Assembly (NCBI GenBank): GCA_036499395.1
Contig: DASYDW010000063.1
Coordinates: 5,911-69,910 of the forward strand
From: Pirellulales bacterium
GTDB taxonomy: Bacteria > Planctomycetota > Planctomycetia > Pirellulales > JACPPG01
Length of the DNA stretch: 64,000 nucleotides
Direction of reading: 5' to 3'
Shown: positions 30,943 to 41,000 of the stretch, one piece after another
Layout of the letters: each line of letters starts with the position of its first letter
How positions within the stretch are numbered: position 1 is the stretch's first letter
Notes under the pieces: generated by a model
Database searches by the model: none
What the model was told of the DNA's origin: nothing
The model's input: the letters and a program-made list of their open reading frames with translations, nothing else
Position numbers and translations under genes: made by a program

Positions 30943-31842
30943 ATGGGCATAAATATCGAGTGGCCGCAAAAGCAGCGCGAGTTGCACAACCATCACTTCG
31001 ACTCGACGATCTGGAACGAGTTCTCGTTCCGCGACGACGACATCATCATCGGGACCTACGCGAAGGCCGGCACGACTTGGATGCAGCAGATCGTTGCGCA
31101 ATTGCTATTCAACGGCGAGCCGGCGTTGGAAGTCGCCGAAATGTCCCCCTGGCTCGACCTCCGCGTGCCGCCAAAGGAGATCAAGCTGCCCGTGGTCGAG
31201 GCGCAAACTCACCGCCGCTTCATCAAGACGCATCTTCCCGTCGATGCGCTGCAGTTCTCGCCGGCGGCGAAGTATCTTTACATCGCGCGTGACGGTCGCG
31301 ATGTGGTGTGGAGCATGTACAACCACCATGCCAATGCCAATCGATCCTGGTACGAGGCTCTGAACGATACGCCGGGACGCGTCGGACCGCCGATCGAACC
31401 GCCGCCGGACGACGTTCGCCAGTATTGGCGAGATTGGATGACGCGCGATGGGCATCCGTTCTGGCCTTTTTGGGAAAACATTCGCAGCTGGTGGGAGATC
31501 CGCCATCTTCCCAACGTGAAGCTCGTGCATTTCACAAACCTCAAGCTCGACATGCCGACAGAGATTCGCCGGGTCGCGGAGTTTCTTGAGATTCCGATCA
31601 ACGAATCGTGTTGGGACGCGATCCTTGAGCACTGCTCTTTTGACTGGATGAAGAAGAACGCGACGAAGTGCGTCCCGCTGGGAGGAGCGTTCTGGGACGC
31701 TGGGGCCGAGGTCTTCATCAACAAGGGGGTCAACGGGCGATGGAGTGACATCTTGACGGCCGAGGAGTCAGCCGAGTACGAGCATCGCGCCGAAGCCGAA
31801 CTTGGACTTGAATGCGCACGCTGGCTTGCGACCGGTAGGTAG
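30943..31842 (+). CDS. PAPS-dependent sulfotransferase (Sulfotransfer_1 type)
   Basis: 5'-PSB loop YAKAGTTWMQQIV and 3'-PB region YIARDGRDVVWSMYNH. Length is about 299 aa. Confidence 0.85.
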   Translation: MGINIEWPQKQRELHNHHFDSTIWNEFSFRDDDIIIGTYAKAGTTWMQQIVAQLLFNGEPALEVAEMSPWLDLRVPPKEIKLPVVEAQTHRRFIKTHLPVDALQFSPAAKYLYIARDGRDVVWSMYNHHANANRSWYEALNDTPGRVGPPIEPPPDDVRQYWRDWMTRDGHPFWPFWENIRSWWEIRHLPNVKLVHFTNLKLDMPTEIRRVAEFLEIPINESCWDAILEHCSFDWMKKNATKCVPLGGAFWDAGAEVFINKGVNGRWSDILTAEESAEYEHRAEAELGLECARWLATGR

Positions 31843-32101
31843 ATCCTCCGATGGCGTGCCCACTTCGGTCACATCGACCGAGGCACCGAAACGACTCAAT
31901 GAGGCCGAGCTAGTAATCGTTCCTTTGCCGGTGCTCGCAGCAAGGCCAGATCCACGGCAACTCATGGTCGCGTACGATTCCAAAATACGGATGCGTTTTC
32001 GGAGAACTCAGACCGTCTCGTTAAACGGTTGTGTTTCTGACTCGGTCCACGAATCGCGTCATCAAACGGTGCTTTTCTCGGAGACCATGTAAACGTATGA
32101 G

Positions 32102-32497
32102 TTAATCGGACCCCCGAACATCGCACAACGCTCTGGTTCGGAGTTTGTCGGAGACGGCGACTAGCCATTTCGTCCCGCATTGATCGTGTTTCGGAGCGAA
32201 ATTGGGCTCGTCCACGCCCAGCAGTTGCTCGACCTCGGCGCGGAATCGCACCATTTCGTCGTTCTTCGGATCGTTCTTCTCCATCCACTCGACGGCCTGT
32301 TCGAATAGCCGCCGGTCAGGGATATCTCGCCGCTGCCGAGACGTTTCCGAATCCGCTGGTTCCGAATTCCGCAGGCATCGGTTCGAGCCCGTTTGGCCGG
32401 ATGAACGTGCAGAGTCATGCCGAAGAGCTGCAGAAGGCAGGTGCGGCGGGGATGCCGTGGGTGGTCGACCTATCTTACGAAGCGTTGGCTGGTACAT
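32102..32497 (-). CDS. hypothetical protein (weak call)
   Basis: 131-codon ORF. Only the C-terminal half (RRLFEQAVEWMEKNDPKNDEMVRFRAEVEQLLG...) looks protein-like. No motif recognised. Confidence 0.25.
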   Translation of the reverse strand: MYQPTLRKIGRPPTASPPHLPSAALRHDSARSSGQTGSNRCLRNSEPADSETSRQRRDIPDRRLFEQAVEWMEKNDPKNDEMVRFRAEVEQLLGVDEPNFAPKHDQCGTKWLVAVSDKLRTRALCDVRGSD

Positions 32498-32880
32498 ACA
32501 ATTTTTTCGAGCTTCAATGCATCACGCTCGGTGCGAACGCTCGTTCTTTTCCCGAGCCCCTTCGATCTTCTTATCCAAATGCTTGGTTTTGCGCAGTTCT
32601 TTGTGCGCCTTTCGCTGCAATTCCTCGACATGCATTTCGCTGACACCGAACGGCAGACAGCTTACCGATTCATGCGACCCGCGTCCCATTTGACCGAATG
32701 GAGTTAGAGCCTTAGAGTACCCGCTACTCGATCAGTCCGTTAATCGGATCGCGTTTTGCCGACTCGACCGTCGAGTTCGCTGGCTTGAGGATCGTTCGCC
32801 GCTGGCCCACCCCGGCAGCCTCGGCCGCCGGTGCCACTGTGCGGTGATATCGTGGTCGACTAATACGCCGAAGAGCACCC

Positions 32881-34011
32881 ATGCGGTTTTTCACCTTCGT
32901 CATCAAAAACCTCGTGCGGCGACGATTTCGATCACTACTGACCATCGCCGGCATTGGATTGGCCGTGGGGGCCATGATCGCACTGGTCGGTATATCGCGC
33001 GGCTTTGTCGACTCGTTCCTGGAATTGTATCAAGGACGAGGCATCGACCTGGTCGTCGTGCGGTCCGGCGTCGCCGAGCGCTTGACGAGCGCCCTGGACG
33101 AATCTCTCGGCGACAAGATCCGCCAGTTACCGGGAGTGAAGCAGGTAGCCGGTGTGATGATGGATGTGATGTCGTTTCCCGAACTCAATTTATTCGGCGT
33201 GCCGATCGTGGGATGGGAGCCTGACGCGTTCATGTTCGATAATCTGAAACTGGTATCAGGCCGATCGCCGACGGCCGACGATGGCCGAGTAGTAATGCTG
33301 GGAAACATTCTGGCGAAGAACATGGGCAAGACGACCGGTGACACGCTCGACGTTCTCGAGGACGAACCGTTTCAGATCATCGGCGTCTTCGAAAGCCTCA
33401 GCATGGTGGAAAACGGGTCGATGATCGTGACGCTCGCTGAATTGCAAAGATTGATGGATCGCCGTGGGCGGGTGAATATGCTTAATGTAATTGCCGAAAA
33501 TCGCTTTGACGAAGGATCGCTCGAGCAGCTACGGAGCGCGATCACGGCCGTGGCTCCCGGACTGTCGGCCATGACGACCGAGAATTTCGTCACCAGCGAT
33601 ACGCAGATTCGGGCGGCCCGGGGCATGGCGTGGATGACGTCGCTAGTTGCACTGTTGATCGGCTCGGTCGGAGTGCTGAATACAATGGTGATGTCGGTCT
33701 TCGAGCGGACTCAGGAGATCGGCATCCTACGTGCCCTGGGTTGGCGCAAGTCGCGCGTTGTGCGGATGATTTTGTTGGAAGCGATTCTGTTGAGCCTGGG
33801 CGGAGCGTTATTGGGGGCCGCAGGCGCCGTCGGCCTAACGCGGATGCTGAGTCGGGTGCCGGCGTTCAGCGGCTCGATCGCCAGTCACATTCCGCTGCCC
33901 GTCATTGCTCAAGGATTTTTGATCGCGCTATTCTTGGGATTGATTGGCGGACTTTATCCCGCGGTCTATGGCGCGCGGCTGCAGCCTACCGAGGCGATCC
34001 GACATGAATAA
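32881..34011 (+). CDS. ABC transporter permease, FtsX/MacB-LolC type (N-terminal TM, periplasmic domain, 3 C-terminal TMs)
   Basis: Opens MRFFTFVIKNLVRRRFRSLLTIAGIGLAVGAMIALV. The C-terminal FtsX block is EIGILRALGWRKSRVVRMILLEA ... YPAVYGARLQPTEAIRHE. Length 376 aa. Confidence 0.88.
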   Translation: MRFFTFVIKNLVRRRFRSLLTIAGIGLAVGAMIALVGISRGFVDSFLELYQGRGIDLVVVRSGVAERLTSALDESLGDKIRQLPGVKQVAGVMMDVMSFPELNLFGVPIVGWEPDAFMFDNLKLVSGRSPTADDGRVVMLGNILAKNMGKTTGDTLDVLEDEPFQIIGVFESLSMVENGSMIVTLAELQRLMDRRGRVNMLNVIAENRFDEGSLEQLRSAITAVAPGLSAMTTENFVTSDTQIRAARGMAWMTSLVALLIGSVGVLNTMVMSVFERTQEIGILRALGWRKSRVVRMILLEAILLSLGGALLGAAGAVGLTRMLSRVPAFSGSIASHIPLPVIAQGFLIALFLGLIGGLYPAVYGARLQPTEAIRHE

Positions 34012-34687
34012 TCCATCAACCAACGGTGATTTCCTCCGTACCAGCGGACTGACCAAGGATTACCCTGATGGCAAAGTCACGGCCCTCACAGACGTGAACC
34101 TGGTGATCCCGCGCGGACAGTACGCGGCCATCGTCGGGCCGAGCGGTTGCGGCAAGTCGACGCTGTTGAACCTGCTCGGCGCACTCGACCGGCCCACCTC
34201 AGGAGACGTTTATTTCGAGGGACGGTCGTTCGCCGCGATTGGGGACCTGGATCAGTTCCGCGCCCTGAAGCTCGGTTTCGTTTTTCAGTCGTTTTATCTG
34301 CTACCGATTTTGACCGCGCGCGAGAACGTGCAGATTCCAATGTTTGAAGGTTCACTGGGTGCGGCCGACCGGGCCGCGAGAGCCGGGGAGTTGCTGGAGT
34401 TGGTCGGTATGTCGCATCGGGCCCACCATCTGCCAAAGCAATTGTCGGTCGGCGAACGCCAAAGGGTGGCCATTGCCCGCGCCTTAGCGAATGCTCCTGA
34501 GTTGCTGCTGGCGGATGAACCGACGGGCAATCTGGATTCAAAGGCCGCGCAGGGTATTTGCGACATGTTCGAGCACCTGCACCGCGAACGCGGCATGACC
34601 CTGGTCCTGGTGACGCACGACCAGAACGTCGCTGATCGGGCCGAGCGCATCATTCGCATGCGCGACGGTCGCGTACTCGAGGCATAA
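34004..34687 (+). CDS. ABC transporter ATP-binding protein (MacB/LolD type)
   Basis: Walker A GPSGCGKST, signature LSVGERQRVAIARAL, Walker B LLLADEPT, H-loop VTHD. It overlaps the permease stop by 8 nt. Confidence 0.92.
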   Translation: MNNPSTNGDFLRTSGLTKDYPDGKVTALTDVNLVIPRGQYAAIVGPSGCGKSTLLNLLGALDRPTSGDVYFEGRSFAAIGDLDQFRALKLGFVFQSFYLLPILTARENVQIPMFEGSLGAADRAARAGELLELVGMSHRAHHLPKQLSVGERQRVAIARALANAPELLLADEPTGNLDSKAAQGICDMFEHLHRERGMTLVLVTHDQNVADRAERIIRMRDGRVLEA

Positions 34688-34749
34688 ATCGCAGAGCCGG
34701 CGCGAGGAGGCTTTCGAATATCCCGGGACAATCGGCTATTGCTGCGCAA

Positions 34750-35817
34750 TTGCGTTGGCGCGGTCCGCCGTTTTTGTTAATCATGGGGGGCGCTCCGTGG
34801 CTACCCGCCCTCGACAATTGTTGCGAGATATTGCCTTTGTTCCGTCGAACCAGACTCCTTCTGCGCAGGCTTTCCCCCTTGGTGGGAATCGTCGTTCTGG
34901 CCGCGGTAGCCCGTCCGGCGGCCGGGGCAGATTCGGCCGTTGCCAGTAGTGGATACGACCTCCGCGAGCAATCGCTGCCGAGCATTCGCGCCGGCACGGT
35001 TATCGGCGCTGCGGCTCCTAAGAATTGGTCGCACCTGGTTATCAAAAGCCAGCCTCGCGTCGCGCAGGGCGATGTCAACGATGTATCGCAACTCACACTG
35101 TCGCTGGCGCGATTGCTGTCGGTCAGTATTGTCGCGAATATCGAGGCGAACGACGTGGGAAAGCATCCGCATTATGTGCTCGACCGCGTCGCCCTCGGTC
35201 TGGGAACGCGAATCGGTGGTCGGGACGTGATCATCAATAGCGACACGCAGTCGCAACTCGGCGCCAACCTAAGTTTGCTGGCCCGCACCGTGCTCAGTAG
35301 CACCGAGGCCGAGATGCAATTAATCAGGCAGGTGCTGCGGTCGCAGACCTTGCTGATCTTTGACGTACCCACGATCGCGTTGCTGCAATCGGAACATCAG
35401 CAGATGATCGTCCGTCACGCGCTGATCGTGGATGGGGCGAACGGCCAGTTGAACACGCTGGTCTGGCTCATCGACAAAAGTGACGCGGGGGAATATGCCC
35501 AGGCCGTCGGCACCATGAGTTTGCTCGCGCCCAACACTCTGGAAGACCGACTGCTGAGCGTTGATGCCAACGAATTCACCCTAGGAATTCCTTCGAGCAA
35601 GGCGATCGCGATGGTCCGCATCCCACCGGGAAAGCCAATTGCCATTGCTCCACCATTGCTCCCCTTCGCCTCGGCCCCCCGTTTTACCGATGAGAGCGCG
35701 CGGCAACTCGACGCCGGATTGCGGGACTTGATCCGCCAGGCACAGCGCGACCGAGCGACGGTTCGTGAAAACCCTGGTCCTCCGGCCGCCAACTCAGCCC
35801 GCCCTCGCGGCAAATAA
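34750..35817 (+). CDS. secreted or periplasmic hypothetical protein
   Basis: 355-codon ORF with a signal-like segment RRLSPLVGIVVLAAVARPAAGA. No recognisable motif. Same strand as, and directly after, the ABC ATPase. Start uncertain. Confidence 0.55.
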   Translation: MRWRGPPFLLIMGGAPWLPALDNCCEILPLFRRTRLLLRRLSPLVGIVVLAAVARPAAGADSAVASSGYDLREQSLPSIRAGTVIGAAAPKNWSHLVIKSQPRVAQGDVNDVSQLTLSLARLLSVSIVANIEANDVGKHPHYVLDRVALGLGTRIGGRDVIINSDTQSQLGANLSLLARTVLSSTEAEMQLIRQVLRSQTLLIFDVPTIALLQSEHQQMIVRHALIVDGANGQLNTLVWLIDKSDAGEYAQAVGTMSLLAPNTLEDRLLSVDANEFTLGIPSSKAIAMVRIPPGKPIAIAPPLLPFASAPRFTDESARQLDAGLRDLIRQAQRDRATVRENPGPPAANSARPRGK

Positions 35818-35839
35818 CATTTCCTCGAGTCACACCACG

Positions 35840-36727
35840 ATGTTTGTTCCAACGCTATTGCTCGCGTCGCTCTTGCTGGGCGCCGCGCACGACGACAATC
35901 CGATCCTGAAGCAGTTGGTCGACGCAGGTGTACCGGTCGGCTCGGGGGCACCGCTGAAACTACCGCCGCCCACGTTGCCCGATGGCCTGGACGCGGCCGC
36001 GCAGAAAAAAGCCATACAAGGAATTGCCGACGCCAACCATCCGGTCGATGCTTTGTTGCGTAAGTCGATTGTGTCGCCGTTTCAGCTGATCATTCGTAGC
36101 GAAGGGAATGCCACGGGCGACGTAACCGGTAAGCGAGTCGACATCTGGTGCGTCGTTTACGGAGACCTGTCGACCATCACCAAAGAGGGGTTCCTGGAGG
36201 AGCGGTTCTCGCTCGGATCGAAGGGAGAAAGCAACAACAAGCCCGCTGCGAAGTCCGTAATTCTATCCGCCGAGGAGTTGAAGAAGCGCAACATCCAGAT
36301 CGCGACCGCGGCTGACGCGAAAGAGGGTTTTGCATACGCCAGCTTTTCGCTCTTCGACCGTGTGCAGATTAGCGGGACGGGCCACGTGTATCAGACGCGG
36401 ACGAAGACGTCGGTCCTGATGGCCTCACTCCTGGCGCCTGGCTTTGCTGACGACGCGGACTTTGCCAACCGCTGGGCGGCCATCGATCGTGACAAGGAAG
36501 GGAATTTCAAGGTCGGCGCGCCGCATCCCTACGCAGGCTATGGATCGTACGTAAAGGTGACCGAGCTGATCGAACCGTCAGGGGCCCTGTTTGTGGAATA
36601 CCACTTGGTCTTCGACGAACCGAAAGCCTGGTTCAGCGGGGCGAATCTGCTGCGCTCGAAGCTACCACTGATGGTGCAAGACAATATTCGCAAGTTTCGC
36701 CGCGAAGTGGCAAGCGAGGCGCACTAG
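35840..36727 (+). CDS. secreted hypothetical protein
   Basis: Signal peptide MFVPTLLLASLLLGAAHD. 295 aa with no recognisable motif. Last gene of the plus-strand ABC operon. Confidence 0.6.
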   Translation: MFVPTLLLASLLLGAAHDDNPILKQLVDAGVPVGSGAPLKLPPPTLPDGLDAAAQKKAIQGIADANHPVDALLRKSIVSPFQLIIRSEGNATGDVTGKRVDIWCVVYGDLSTITKEGFLEERFSLGSKGESNNKPAAKSVILSAEELKKRNIQIATAADAKEGFAYASFSLFDRVQISGTGHVYQTRTKTSVLMASLLAPGFADDADFANRWAAIDRDKEGNFKVGAPHPYAGYGSYVKVTELIEPSGALFVEYHLVFDEPKAWFSGANLLRSKLPLMVQDNIRKFRREVASEAH

Positions 36728-36779
36728 AACGGAAGCTACGGCAGGAACAACGTGTTGCAGGCGATAGCCTCGGGACGCC

Positions 36780-37910
36780 TCAGTCGTGTCGTAGCGCGGC
36801 CGTGGGAAGAAGTCGCGCGCTGCGATAGGCTGGGTAGGCCGCCCCTACGAGCCCTACCATCAAAGCCAAAATCCACCCTTCGACCATGACGCGCCAGGGG
36901 ACCGTTCCATCGACTACTCCACTGGCAACGGGCAAGGTGCTCAGGAGCTTCGTCAAGCCGACGGCGCCAAGCGTTCCGATTGCCGCTCCGATCAAACTGA
37001 CGAGTAGCGATTCCGACAGGATCATGCGGACGATGCGTCCTTGACGCCAACCGATCGCGCGAAGGATGCCGATCTCACGCGTCCGCTCCAGTACCGTCAT
37101 GAACATGGTATTCAGCACGCCGATCGTCCCGACGATCAGGCCAATGAGCGCCGTCAGCCACGCCATCCCTTGCACGGCGCGGATCTGCGAAATGCCCGCC
37201 ACGTGATCCTTAATACTCATAGCGGTCAGTCCGGGACTGACCGCTTCTATATCCTTGGCGACGCGTTCAATTAGCGCGACGTTATTGGGTTCGGCAACGC
37301 TGACGGCAAAGCCGGTCACCTGGCCCGGCCGATCCATGAGTCGCTGCAAGTCGGCAAGCGCAATGACCATCGAGCTGTTGTCGAAGACATTGTGACTTTC
37401 ATAGATGCCGACGATGTTGAACTTTTCCAAAGCATAAAGTTCGATCGAATCGCCGAGTTTCTTGCCGAGGTTCTCGGCCAGCGTTCGCCCGATCAGCAAA
37501 GCCTGGCGATCGTCGCCCTGCAGGGCGCGCCCTTCAACGACGTTGAGGTTGCCGACGAGCCGCGACGAGGGCTGCAAGCCGCGCAACGGAACGCCGTACA
37601 GGTTCTGCTCTTCGAACGAGACAACGTCCAAGAGCGTAGGGATCACATCGACTATGTCAGGAACGGAGCGGATCTTATCGCCGATTTCGATGTCCAGGCC
37701 GCTATTTATCCGCTCTTGCACGCCGGTGCGAACGACGATCATGTCGATGCCGGCCCCCAGGTAGACGTCGAGGAAAGACGCCACAAAGCTGTCGGCGATT
37801 CCCACCAGCGCCACCATGGACCCGATCGCCACTGCCACGGCGATCACCGTCAACGCCGAACGCAACCAGCGACGCGTCACGTTGCGCCAGACGAGCGTGA
37901 ACAAATGCAT
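36780..37910 (-). CDS. ABC transporter permease, FtsX/MacB-LolC type, paralog of 32881-34011
   Basis: GGAGG lies 9 nt upstream of the ATG. Opens MHLFTLVWRNVTRRWLRSALTVIAVAVAIGSMVALV. It aligns along its whole length with the plus-strand permease, and both are exactly 376 aa. It starts 118 nt downstream of the NRPS stop on the same strand. Confidence 0.88.
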   Translation of the reverse strand: MHLFTLVWRNVTRRWLRSALTVIAVAVAIGSMVALVGIADSFVASFLDVYLGAGIDMIVVRTGVQERINSGLDIEIGDKIRSVPDIVDVIPTLLDVVSFEEQNLYGVPLRGLQPSSRLVGNLNVVEGRALQGDDRQALLIGRTLAENLGKKLGDSIELYALEKFNIVGIYESHNVFDNSSMVIALADLQRLMDRPGQVTGFAVSVAEPNNVALIERVAKDIEAVSPGLTAMSIKDHVAGISQIRAVQGMAWLTALIGLIVGTIGVLNTMFMTVLERTREIGILRAIGWRQGRIVRMILSESLLVSLIGAAIGTLGAVGLTKLLSTLPVASGVVDGTVPWRVMVEGWILALMVGLVGAAYPAYRSARLLPTAALRHD

Positions 37911-38028
37911 GAGAGGGGCACCTCCAAGACGGACCAAGACCGTGACTATCCCTGTCGCGGTCCGGTAGGTCAAGAGGCCATCGGTGCGATGCCGTCCTGC
38001 GCTGTTCAAACCGACTGAGCCTCGCGAA

Positions 38029-41000
38029 TCACGACTGCATCGTCAGATCCGGATCGATTCCGCGGGCTTCTTTGGCGGACAGCGGCGTCATCGCCGGCGC
38101 GCCATCAATTTCGAACTGCTTGCTGGCCCGCGCCAGCTGGCGACGCAACCGTTGTGCCAAGGTTCGCACGTGTGGTTCACGCATCATCGTCAGATGGTCG
38201 CCGGGAACCGTGCGGCTGCGCAGGTCTTCGGTCACATGATTTTCCCAAGAGGATGCTGCTGTCGGGACCTCGTCGCGGGGCCGCTCTTCGGCTTTCAACA
38301 GAGCGACGGGCCCCTGGTAGGATTGCGGACGAAACGCCAGCCAGGCGCGGCAATTCGCTTCGAACACTTCGTAGTGCCGCTCGATTTCCCAGCGATCCGC
38401 ACCCGGTTGAACTAGGCCGGCTCCCTCGATCTGGCGGCCAAAAAGAACTAGCTTCTCGGAGCGGGAGAGTGCCCGAATTTGGTCCGGCAGCATTTGCTCG
38501 ACGGAAGGAAACATCGACATCAACGCGGCAAAGGCGTCATCGCCTTCCTCTTGCGAATTGTCCTGCGCCGCCTGCGAGTCAATCAGCACCACTAGCGGCA
38601 CCTGCTCGCGAACATGGGCCAATTGCCGCGCCATTTCGTACGCCACGAGCCCGCCAAAGGACCAGCCTGCCAGGTAATAGGGGCCCTCGGGTTGGATCGT
38701 CCGGATTGCCTGAATGTAATCGCGGGCCATCGCTTCGACCGTCTCGTGAAAGGCTTCATGGCGAGCCAGGCCGCGCGACTCGAGCGCGTAAACCGGCTGA
38801 TCCGCGCCCAAGTGATGCGCCAAGGCGTAGTACGGAAAAGCGCTGCCGCCGGCCGGATGAACGCAGAATAGCGGCGGGCGATAGCCGGTTCGGCGAATCG
38901 CCACGAGCGGCGAACCACGATGCCGTGCCGCAGCCGCGCGCACCACCGCCGCCATCGTCGCGATCGTGGTGGCCGTGGCCATCTCGCTCGGCAGAAGGAC
39001 GATGTCGTTTCTCGCGGTGAATTTTGCCAGACATTGGTGGGCCGACTGCTGGCCGTCTCCCAGTCCGACGAGATTGTCTTCGACACCCAGCGGGCTGAGT
39101 CCCAACGTTTCCTGGCAAATATCGGTGAGCTCTGCTTCCAAGGCATTGCGGGGCGCGACATACCGGGAGAGGGCCGCTTCTCGCAGCGATGCGACGGACG
39201 CGCAGTCGACAATCATGTTGCGGAGGGCGTCGAGGAAGGCGCCTATCACGCGTTCGACCGTCTCGCGTTGATGTAACCCTTCGCAGTAGGTCCAGTCAAA
39301 GCGCAATTGGCCCCCCACGATCACGCCATTAATTTCCAGCAAATGCGTGCGATGCTGCCGCGACGAGCGCATCGAGCCGACCGACTCGCTTGCCGTGCGC
39401 AGCCGTCCGCCGGAATTCGCAAGCTGGTCGACCTGGCCGAGATAGTTGAAGGCGATCTCGGGTTGCGGCAGTGTCGCGAGCGCAGTGGTCACGGTTTCGT
39501 CCTGGCACAAGTACTTGAGCGTTCCGAATCCGATACCACGGCGAGGAATGTCCCGCAGCTGCGCTTCCATAGAGCTCACAGCGCGGCGGACGTCGGTTGT
39601 TTGATCAAGGCAGAGTCGAACCGGGAAGACACTTGTGAACCAGCCAACGGTACGCGACAGATCGACGTCGTCGAACAGGTCCTCGCGGCCGTGCCCTTCC
39701 AGATCGACCAGTAACGAATCTTCGCCGGTCCACTTCTGGAACGCTTGGGACAGGGCCGTCAGCAGGATGCTATTCAAGGGCGCGCGGTACGCGCGAGAAA
39801 CATCTTCCAGGAGCCGTCGCGTTTCGTCCACCGCGAGTGACGCCGATACAGTACGGGCGGAAGCGATCGAATTCTCCTCGCATCCCTTGTAAGCATGACC
39901 ATTGCTACCGGATTGTGTGTGGCCATTTCTCGTGTGCGAGGAAGTGGACGAAGCGGCGCCTTGGACCGGCAGGCGATCGACGGGGAGGTGCTTAAACGGA
40001 GCTTCCGCCAGCCGGAGCCAATAGTCGAGCTCCTCGCGAACCAGTGCCGACTGAGCGTACTCGATCAACCGCTCCGACCATCGCTGATACGAGGTCGTCT
40101 TGGCGTTCAAGCAGGGCGCCTCGCCGCGGCTGAGCTGCTGATAGATCAGATGCAAATCCTCGAGTAGGATGCGCCACGAGAAGGCATCCACCGCCAAGTG
40201 ATGAATGACGAATAGCAATCGACTCGGGCGTGCCGGACCAAGGTCGATCAGGCACACACGCACGAGCGGTCCCTCGGCCAGGTTCAAGCTCGCTTGCAAC
40301 TGCGTGGCAACGGCTTCGATCGCGTTCGGCTCCTCGCTGGTCGGAACTCCGGCAAGATCCACGCGGCAGTAGAGCTCGGCCTTATCGCTGGCGTCATTGG
40401 ATTGTTTCCAACCATTCTTCTCGCGAACAAAGCGCAGACGCAGAGCGTCGTGGTGCGCGACGAGATGCTCCACCGAGGCCTGCAGAAAGGAGGGTTCCAG
40501 GCGATCGTCGACTTCGAGCATGACCGCCTGGTTGAAGTGCTCAGGCGCGGCGAGTCGTTGTTCGAAGAACCAATGCTGAATGGGGGTTAACGGGACCGGC
40601 CCCACAACAGCTTCCTGTGCTGCTGCGGTGGCAAGGATCGGCACGGCCACGGTCGCCTGCTCGGCAACGGTTTGATGCTCGAATAACTGGCGTGGCGTCA
40701 GGCGCAATCCGACGCGTGCGGCGCGCGAGATGACTTGCATACTCAGGAGTGAGTCGCCGCCAAGTTCGAAGAAATTGTCGTGAATTCCGACCCGCTCCAA
40801 ACCGATCACGCCGGCCCAAATATCGGCCAGGGTCACTTCGACGTCGGTACTCGGGGCTACGTAGCATTGGTCGAGCACGGGACGGCTGCGATCGATCCCG
40901 GGCAAGCTATTCCGATCGACCTTACCGTTGGGGCTTACCGGCAGAGCCGGCAGCGCGACGAAAGTGGACGGGATCATATAGTCGGGAAGATGCGACTTGA

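Noticed and set aside
32522-32689. 55-codon minus-strand ORF (MGRGSHESVSCLPFGVSEMHVEELQRKAHKELRKTKHLDKKIEGAREKNERSHRA), too short for the supplied ORF track
   Set aside because: It is charged and helical-looking and sits upstream of the weak 32102-32497 ORF. There is no recognisable family, no SD and no supporting evidence, so it is left uncalled.
38154-39020. 288-codon plus-strand ORF, and many other 60-260-codon ORFs on both strands between 38 and 46 kb
   Set aside because: They lie antisense to or out of frame with the NRPS gene, whose frame carries a complete ordered set of NRPS motifs. Their translations are Arg/Pro/Ala-rich and low in complexity, as expected for shadow ORFs in GC-rich DNA.
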